DNA of 64,000 nucleotides from Podarcis cretensis (Eukaryota), in NCBI GenBank assembly GCA_951804945.1, contig OX638152.1:46500001-46564000 (forward strand), in the 5' to 3' direction. The notes below the pieces were generated by a model that saw only the letters and a program-made list of their open reading frames with translations, had not been told where the DNA came from and did no database searches. Positions 55,121 to 64,000 of the stretch are shown here, piece by piece. The position numbers and the translations under genes were made by a program. Numbering within the stretch: position 1 is the stretch's first letter; the number at the start of each line of letters is the position of its first letter.

Positions 55121-55276
55121 TATGGTTGTATAGAGTTGGTAGTAGGAACTGCTTATACCGACAGTAATCTAGCCACAAGGAAATAAATACATTTTAGCAT
55201 TTTTCTTTCTAGGATCCAACAGAAGCACATTCAGAGAATTAACTTAACTACTCTATATTTTCATTTTATATTTTAG

Positions 55277-55319
55277 TAACCTATCAAAGAGGAGGTGAAG
55301 CTGTAAGCAGTGGAGGCAG
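55277..55319 (+). CDS. ROBO1: ROBO1 exon (VTYQRGGEAVSSGGR), 43 nt, phase 1-2
   Basis: ttttag|TA acceptor, GCAG|gtaaga donor. Confidence 0.95.
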
Positions 55320-55783
55320 GTAAGACTGTATACAGGTTTCCTACATATAATGCAAAATGCAGACTGAACTGTAGGATATGTTGGGTAAAGCTGCATCTCT
55401 GAATGCAAACAGCAGAGGGAGCACTTTGACTTCAAACTAAAACTCTTGCTGCTATAAGGGGATGATTAAAGGGAGCTAAAGTAGCTAAATTGTGGCATTT
55501 AAGGAGATTAAACACTTAGTAATGATAGCAAAGAGAAAAACCTTAAATTGGAAACCATGCTTAAAGAAAGCTGCCTCTTAGGTGATTTTTAAAAACAGAA
55601 AACAGAAACGGAATAGTGATCATTACTGGTTGGGAATTGCAAATTAAAAGTACAGATAAATCCGGGTTCTGAGAAATGAATGCAATTCCATCTTTAGACT
55701 ATAGCTAAGTCTTTAGTTAATTGGTCAATGGGGAATGATTCTCTTCTCAAACAAATGACAGTGTTTCATTAATACTGACGTCA

Positions 55784-55936
55784 CTGCAATTCTACCTGGA
55801 TGGCGTTGGGTGGCAGCAAGGTCAGGTGTGTGTGGACACATCAGCAGAGCCAGTTGCGCACTCACACTGGTGTGTCTGCATGGCCCTGACTTCACTGCCA
55901 TCTTGTGTCACCCCAGTGCTGTCCAGGCAACTGCAG
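55784..55936 (+). repeat. Imperfect 153-bp palindrome (hairpin)
   Basis: 55811-55844 pairs with 55867-55900; 55795-55810 pairs with 55912-55927. Confidence 0.85.
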
Positions 55937-57815
55937 CAACTCCCCAGCGCAGCAGCTGCTTCTTAACAAGGATTTCAGCCAACCAAGGTGCCTCTAAAAC
56001 AAAGCTATACGGAGGTATACAATCACTGTCATGTCAAATACAAGTCAGGCTATACAGATGATGGTGCAGAGCCAAAATGATGCATAGCAACTGCAGTCAA
56101 GCCACCCACAAAGAAAGAAAAGTTATGAAAAGTTATGTCACACAAAATGCTAAGATTAGCAAATAGGTCAAACAGTGGCTTCTGCTTCTTTTCCAAATGA
56201 GGTTTTTTTTTTAAAAAGGTGTTTAATGTATCGTGTGTGTGAACAAGGAACCGATTTATGCAGAGCTCTGAAACTGGCACCCGTGGCCACTTTCTGGGCT
56301 ATGCAGTACCTGTCCCTGTACTCAAACTGGCCTGATTCACACATAATAACAAACCATGTTTACTTACTATATGAATGTGCCTTGGGATTATGTTCTTGCT
56401 TCCTTGTACACCCTCCCTCCATGCCATGTCTTGCAGGACACTGGATTGTGACAAAAAATCCCCAAACATTTGGATTAATTGGGGTGGGCACGTTCCCTAA
56501 AATGAGGTCTGCTGCTTTTAAAAAACATGGCTAGCTAAAATCATTTTAGGAAGGATGGATGCCTGATGCAGGGGGCGGAGTGGAAATCTTAAATAGTTTT
56601 TTTTAAAAAAATAAAAATAAAGAAAGAGGGAAGCACAGTAGACAACACTTTTAAAAGGGCAAAAGGGAGTGAAATGTAAGTTTTCCCCTTCCCACAGCTG
56701 AGTTGTTACAGCTCCCCTACCCACTTTTTAACCTCCTACAAACTAGTTTTTTGCCGTAGTTTTCAGGACAAGCACAAACCATTGTATGCCTGTTCAGTAC
56801 AACACCAAATTGTGATTTCTCCACAAACTACAAAGGGCAGCTTTCACAGCATATGAAGAGAAGAGAGGAAGGGGTGAACAAGCCCTAAGTCCACTCCAGG
56901 CTTCTGCACATGTTACCAAAACATTTTGATGTTGCATCTGAATAGAGCTATTCTGAGTTATTGCTGTTGATCCAGATGAATATGAGTTCCACCCAAGTTA
57001 AGGCAAGACAGTTAAAAAGGGAACATTCTGCACCACCTTTTAGGTATGCCCTCAGCTGTACAAAGGGAATAGAGCTGGAGATGCCATGCTTACATAAAAT
57101 ACAGTATTTTCTTAGCAGCTGTTTTTTTCTGATCAAATTGGTATTTTTCCAAGTAATCCATTCAGAAAGCATTTGTAACTATTAGTTGATTCCAGTTCAC
57201 TGAGCATAATGTACTTTGCATAATGAGAAACACTTTTGCTTAGTATTTATAGTTGTTTTTTTAACGTTCTCTGTAACTTTAATTTCCAAGAATTTCAACT
57301 AAGCTGGAAATGTGGGGAAATGTGGCCTGTATCCAAAGAACTGCAGGAGTTTTTCTGCATACCAAAGAGAGCTTTGGCCATGTGTCAAAGAGCAGTCCCC
57401 TATGCTGCATGGCCCACCTAATATGAAATTGAGGAAAGTTTCACAAATAGGTCATATGGCGTGTCTGTTATAAACATTGTAGGAAAGAAAGGGAGGATAG
57501 TGTTGTGCTTGCACTCTGAAATAAAATATGTGTGTGTGATTATTTGGAGATCAAACATGTTGTTAATGACAAAATTGTTAGGAGTGGTTTATTTTAAAGG
57601 AGTAACATGCATGTTGTCAGCGGTCCAATCATAAACCCAACTACTTTATGTTGGTGCAATGGAGATTACTATGAAAGGCAGGAATGGAATGTCACCATGA
57701 ATTTAATAGTGGGTAACAAAGAAGGTCCTAGAAAATGTCCACAGATCTCTGTATATAAGAAAGGCTTTTAATGCTATCTTGGGAGCATTAAGGGAAGGAG
57801 TGGGAAACACTGATA

Positions 57816-58065
57816 CAGTGGTACCTTGGTTGTCAAATGGCTTAGTTGTTGAACAGATCGGCTCCCGAATGCCGCAAACCCGGAAGTGAGTGTTCCGGTT
57901 TGCGAACTTTTTTGGAAGCCGAATGTCCAATGCGGCTTCTGCGGCTTCCGATTGAGTGCAGGAAGCTCCTGCAGCCAATCGGAAGCTGCACCTTGGTTTT
58001 CGAACCGTTCTGGGAGTCAAACGGACTCCCAGAACGGATTAAGTTCGACAACCCAGGTACCACTG
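57816..58065. mobile_element. Tc1/mariner (Tigger-like) MITE
   Basis: TA|CAGTGGTACCTTGGTTGTC ... GACAACCCAGGTACCACTG|TA. Confidence 0.92.
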
Positions 58066-58588
58066 TACTTGTGATGGTTAAGGGAGGAATAGTTGGTTCA
58101 ACTCTTAAGTTGTTTTCTTACCCAATAAAGATGTACTATTTTTTTAACCAAAAGCCGTAGATAGAGAGTTAGTAAAATGCCTAAGAACATTAAAAGTCTC
58201 CTTAACTGAATGGTAAAATACGCCTGATGTATGTTCATACACAGCTAATTCCAAATCTGCAGCAACACTGCTTGGGGAATCTTTGCTCCACACCTAAAGG
58301 TTGTTACAAGTTGTTATGAAGGGACTCCTAACAAGGCTTCTCCAACAGACCTGAAGGAACAGGGAAGCCCATACAAGTCAGCACATAGTTGCTTATTTAA
58401 AGCTTTCCCTCTGCCAGCTAATTTCATTTAGCAACTGTTCATGTTTCCAGTATCACTAGGAAGAATAAGTAAATTTCCAGTACAATCAATCTTAATTGCA
58501 GTCAAAGACCGGACAGATTTTCAGTACTTCAATGTGAACTTTGCTTTTAAGATGACATCTTATGATAATTAGTAATTCTGTGTTTTGA

Positions 58589-58768
<180 letters not shown>

Positions 58769-59652
58769 TAACTTAATTTGAACTTAATTTGTATTGTTTC
58801 CTGTTTATTTGTTTACTTCCTATTTGTTTATTGCTGTCTATATCATCTGGGCATGTTACTGCTCAAAGTTATCCTATTGCCATTACGTATGCTACTGTAC
58901 CCACACATTTAGAGCCTTTTGAGAGAGTTCCTGCCTCCTGTCCAAGTACAGCTTCTTTGGGTGCTTAATCCCCTCGTCATTGTTTCTAGATTATATTAAT
59001 CCTTATCCAACATCCTGTAGAATATATAAAGTGGCAGCAGGTGTCCCAACATATTCCTGCATCTTTCGGGGAGATGGCTCACAAACTAATCCATTTTATG
59101 CCTCATTCCTTCTCTTTTATGATCTGTTACCCACAGCATTGTCTCACCCATATTCCACTCCCAGGCACAAACTTGTGTCTATAAAGATTCCAGGAGAACT
59201 AGTCACTTCTGCTTTTTGTACTCACAAACACATAGTTTTATTTATGGAATTAAATGTTGTATGACTCATAAGCAAGCTAGTACAACTTTCTCTGGAATGT
59301 ACAGTGAAGTGCTGCAGGTGGGTATTCAGGTACCAATGCTACTTAGTTAAGAACAGTATTTAGCTATAAATTTAAGATCAATTCTGCCATCAAGGGCCTT
59401 GCAGAAGGAGATTACCTGTGTAAAAAGAGAAATGGAGGCAGAAGAGTTGGGGACTCCTATATGAAGGGTACACCTTATAGTTTTGGACCTATGGAACTAA
59501 GCTGCAATTTTACTATAGCTAACATTCTGATTTAGCTTCTGTTCATCTAACTATTTCTGCTTCAGAAAGCCAAATCACGTAGGCCAAAAAGCACCTAAAA
59601 ATAGTCTTCTAACTGAACACAATTTTCCCTTTTCCTTTCCTGCTGTGGTTAG

Positions 59653-59988
59653 CTGATTGTATAGCAAATTACAACAATCAGCTGGAGAACAAGCAAACAA
59701 ACCTGATGCTGCCTGAGTCAACAGTTTATGGTGATGTGGACTTAAGCAACAAAATCAATGAAATGAAAACTTTCAACAGCCCAAATCTAAAAGATGGAAG
59801 ATATGTCAGCCAACCAGGTCAGCCTACACCTTATGCCACCACTCAGCTCATCCAGTCAAACATCAGCAATAATGTTAACAGTGGCAGTGGTGATTCAAAT
59901 GAAAAACACTGGAAGCCATCTGCACAGCAGAAACAAGAGGTTGCGCCAGTTCAGTACAACATTATGGAACAAAACAAATTAAACAAAG
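59653..59988 (+). CDS. ROBO1: ROBO1 exon with CC0 ([10 protein letters not shown]) and CC1 (PTPYATTQL) motifs, 336 nt, phase 1-1
   Basis: ggttag|CT acceptor, AAAG|gtaaat donor; ORF 59706-60086. Confidence 0.96.
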
Positions 59989-61830
59989 GTAAATCACTTC
60001 ATGTATCTCCCCCACGCACCCACCCACACTTCTCAATGCACTGGAGATTCCATAAACCCCTCCTTTCAGGGTCTCAGCTTGTGTAAATGAAAATAACTAC
60101 ATATATTTCTTTCTATCTGTCCACTGATCTGATAATTGGTTACTGCAGTGTGGAACTTGTTAGGATGAACTGAACACTATGGAACAATCTAAGCTCCTTT
60201 GTAGATTTAGAAATTCCCAATTAACAGTGTCAAAGAGTTAATTAGCACTACAATAATCTGCAGAAATTGAATTTATTCTAACAAATAAGCAGCTGTATCT
60301 TAAAAGAGAATTTAATAAAATATATTTTCATATGGCTTTGAGCTTAATTTAAATTTAATAACAACAAATGAGTGATTGGCTGGTATTGAGACATCTTTAA
60401 TTCATAAAGGAGATGCAAGGTGCAGGCATTGCAGTCAAATTTTAAAATAGGTCATTCCATTCTTCTAGTGGTGAATGGAGTCTAATTAACCTACATATCA
60501 CTGTAAATTACTGGAATGTTGCATATAAAATTTTGTATGATTGTATTGTGGGTTTTGCTAAAAATGGAAACGAACTGATCTGATAAATTTTAGACTTTCT
60601 TTGCATTCACCGTCTTGCATTCAGTTCTGGATTAAAATTACTGCTTTAGATCTATAACCTTAAAATGAATTGATTTCAGTGTTAACTTGAAATATCAGAA
60701 TGTGCTTTCTGGCCTTAAGGGCACATTTCTCTAATGTAGTGTGTGGGCTATAGAAAACGAAGTGATGCGATTTCTTGCTAGTCCTTCAGGCTACCATGCA
60801 GCTTGCTTTAATAACACGATTTGCAAAACGCTATCCCTAGGAGCTGGCCCTGTTCTATCTTTGAACTTTCTGAGCACATTGTTGTAGCTCTCATGGTCAC
60901 CTAGTGATATTGAAAAGGTAAAGGACATGTTCCATTACAAAAGGTTGATTCAATCTATTTACTACCTGACCTACTTATCTACAGAATGGTTCAGAGGCCA
61001 CATAAATCTGGCATGAGTGTCTAGCTGTTTGCTATAGCAGTGACAGTTTTTAATTATATTTTTGCCTTGAATTTTTCTGCATGTTTTATGGGATTATTAT
61101 TATTTTTTGTCTCACAACTTAGGGTTTTCAAATCCAGAAAAAAATATTCTCTCCATAAAGTTCTGGATAAAAAAATTAATTACCTAATACAAATGATTTA
61201 AGAATTGAGGATTTAGAAAATGTGTTTTACTTTTATAGAGGAGTGAAATATTCATCAGATAATACAATAAATTTTTACTGAAGAAATATCTGTAAAGTAC
61301 AAGAATATTACTAGGAGCTGACATTCATTTAATGGAACAAATAAAAGCAAATCATAAACAGAGCCATGGGATGTGAAATAGGAATGATAGAGCACAGTGC
61401 AGAACTCATCAAAATGGTTATTTCTCGTTACACAGGCTAGAAGTAAATTGTCAGAAAGATAGTTTTGTCTTAGAAAATAAGAAAGCGAATGGGAGAATAC
61501 TGATCTTTTTTTAAAAAAACCCCAATGTATAGAGAATCACGTCTGCGGTAGATACGCTTCCTTAATGATAGTGTAAAGTGCTGAAAAAGGAAAAGAGGTC
61601 AAAATGGTAAATCTCAGATCAGACTATTTTGTTCAACATTTTCCCAGTCTTCCATTACATAGTCTCACATGCCACACATTTAAACACAGCAAAAAACAAA
61701 TCAGCCTTTCACACTAAGAACACAGATCTGTAACCAGACAGTAAGTTAAGGCTTAACTGTAAGCAGAACATTCACAGTACTATACTCAAGCAGCATATGC
61801 ATGCAAATTCAAAGTCTGTTTTAATTGCAG

Positions 61831-61935
61831 ACTACCGATCAAATGATAATGTTCCAACCATCCCATACAACCAAGCCTACGATCAGAATACAGGAGGGTC
61901 CTACAACAGTTCAGATCGAGGAAGCAGTACATCTG
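61831..61935 (+). CDS. ROBO1: ROBO1 exon ([35 protein letters not shown]), 105 nt, phase 1-1
   Basis: ttgcag|AC acceptor, TCTG|gtgagt donor; ORF 61797-62057. Confidence 0.96.
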
Positions 61936-62802
61936 GTGAGTATGAACTACTGCTGCACCTAATCTCCAATTTCCTCAAATATTTTTCTCCCTGGGAAAGA
62001 GGCTCCCGTTTTGTTTTATTTTGGCCTCTTTTGCAATATGCTTTAGAATTTCTTTAATTTTGGTGGGTGTGAGATTGCGCCTACTTTATCACTGCAAGGT
62101 GATTGTGGCAATGTGTGTTTTAATTTCCATTTCTCTAACCCATTGTAGCCTCCCCAACAGTCTGTGCTTCCTGATCTAAGACCAATCCATGGGGGGAGCG
62201 AACCTCATGGCACCCTTCCTTGAGCTTTAGCGCACACATTGCGAAGTTAGTTTATTGAGCATCTGAGATTAATGTGATCGCTGTTTTTGTTTCTAAGGAA
62301 TGATATTCCTTTTACCTGAAACAAAAAAACCTAATCACATCAAGCTACTTAAAATCAAAAAGACTTTACTCTTAAAAACAACAAAACAACAACAACCAGC
62401 TATCAGGCATACACTAGGCAGCCTCTCTCTCTTTGTATACAGCTGGACCCAAAAGGGCATTACAGGCACTCCCAGTCAGCTGAATGTATAAATCCCTTTG
62501 CTTTGAAGCCCCAAATATCATCTGATTGCCCAGGCTTCAAAGCACAGTGCAAGGCTATCTGCAAACCCTGGTAATCAGTTGCAGTTGTTCCCTTTTGGAA
62601 ACTTCTTAGTGCCAAGTGGGCTAGAGAATGTGGCTTGGATTCAGTTGATTGATCCTGAAAGCACATCTTGAAGAGAGGTTACTGCAACCACCGAACAGCA
62701 GTTATAGTGACTTGAACTTTCACAGGTGGCAGTCATATGATGTCATGTGATTGACAGATGGGCAGACTGTCCACTTTCAAAGTTGGCCTGCAGAGGTTAG
62801 GG

Positions 62803-63623
62803 GACCGTCTAGAGGGGCTGGGAGCTGGAGGCACTGTTATATAGTGGTTCTGTTCCTTCCTCCTGGGCCGTGTTCAGAAAGTGGTGGGGGGGATGAGTGT
62901 TCAGACCCCTGGGCTCTCCCCTGGGTTTTGTCCTCTCCCCCATGCTTTTCAACATCTACATGCAGCCGCTTGGAGAGATCATCAGGAGTTTGGGCTGGGT
63001 GTTCATCAGTATGCAGATGATACCCAGAGGGATCATTAGGAGGTTTGGGGTGGGTGTTCATCAGTATACATATGATACCCAGCTCTACCTCTCTTTCACA
63101 TCAGAACCAGTGAAGGCACTCACACAGCTCCTGTGTGAGTGTCTGGAGGCAGTTGGAGGGTGGATGGCGGCTAACAGATTGAGGTTGAATCCTGACAAGA
63201 CAGAAGCACTGTTCTGGGGGGACAGGAGGTGGGCAGATGTGGAGGACTCTCTGGTCCTGAATGGGGTAACTGTGCCCCTGAAGGACCATGGGCGGAGCCT
63301 GGGAGTCATTTTGGACTCGCAGTTGCCCATGGAGGCGCAGGTCAATTCTGTGTCCAGGGCAGCTGTTTACCAGCTCCATCTGGTACTCAGGCTGAGACCC
63401 TATCTGCCCGTGGACTGTCTCGCCAGAGTAGTACATGCTCTAGTAATCGCTTGCTTGGACTACTGCAATGTGCTCTATGTGGGGCTACCTTTGAAGGTGA
63501 CCCAGAAACTACAACTAATCCAGCATGCGGCAGCTGGACTGGTGACTGGGAGCGACCGCCGAGACCTACATTGGCTCCCAGTACGTTTCCGAGCACAATT
63601 CAAAGTGTTGGTGCTGACCTTTA
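62803..63623 (+). mobile_element. L2-clade LINE ORF2 reverse-transcriptase fragment (defective)
   Basis: LSPMLFNIYM.PLG, YADD/YTYDTQLY, WMAANRLRLNPDKTE, LDYCN..Y.GLP, LHWLPVRFRAQFK; frameshifts, deletions and an internal duplication. Confidence 0.92.
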
Positions 63624-64000
63624 ATTTTTTTTTTTTTTTTATAATAATTTTTATTAATTTCCACACATATAATAAAGAACAATTTAAAACAGTATCACAT
63701 CATACTCATCGGTTCTTACCCTTCTTTCTTTGACTTCCCCATACCTCCCCATCCCTGCATCCTTGTTTAATAATTCTTTAGCAACCCTTAAGTCCATTGT
63801 CTTAGTTCCCTTTCGTAAAAGTTTCTTAAGTTTTTTTGTTTACTGCTGCAATTCTTTACTTCTTACCCCCTGACATCCTAACATTCCTCAATTTTACAAT
63901 TATTTTTAAGATATATTTTGAAGTTCTTCCAGTCCTCTTCCATTGTCTCTTTCCCCTGGTCCCGGATTCTGCCCGTCATCTCGGCCAGTCCCATAAAGTC
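63624..64000 (-). mobile_element. L1-type LINE 3' end (ORF2 C-terminus, 3' UTR, poly-A), continuing beyond the window
   Basis: Poly-T at about 63625-63640; reverse strand 64000-63878 reads DFMGLAEMTGRIRDQGKETMEEDWKNFKIYLKNNCKIEEC-stop. Confidence 0.8.

Noticed and set aside
62897-63733. Longest ORF in the track (278 aa) as a host gene or domesticated RT
   Set aside because: L2 fragment with no proper start, catalytic motif mutated to YTYD in frame, internal deletions, and a tail that reads into an L1 poly-T

Overview
Vertebrate genomic DNA, most likely from a lacertid-type lizard given the Sauria SINEs, a tRNA-Lys/CR1-tail SINE and a Squam3-like SINE. The whole window lies inside the + strand of ROBO1 (Roundabout 1, the Slit receptor). 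I traced 19 exons (2821 nt, 940 codons) that splice into one open frame, running from the end of Ig2 through Ig3-Ig5, three FN3 domains, the transmembrane helix and cytoplasmic motifs CC0/CC1. The gene continues beyond both ends. Also visible are the 9-nt Ig3-Ig4 microexon (here VVS) within YCAY clusters and a GC-AG intron. The best candidates for something new are splicing features. The strongest is an in-frame, phase-symmetric 114-nt Cys-containing cassette exon candidate at 53516-53629, which is not in the canonical ROBO1 protein as I recall it. The others are an exon-internal CAG|GT site splitting CC0 from CC1, a stop-introducing tandem acceptor at the 27-nt exon, a possible 6-nt microexon, two poison-exon candidates and a G-U-rich pre-miRNA-sized hairpin. 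The introns carry many SINE, CR1, L2, RTE and L1 fragments and hAT/Tc1-mariner MITEs. All candidate exons come from splice-signal and reading-frame logic only and need RNA-seq or alignment support.
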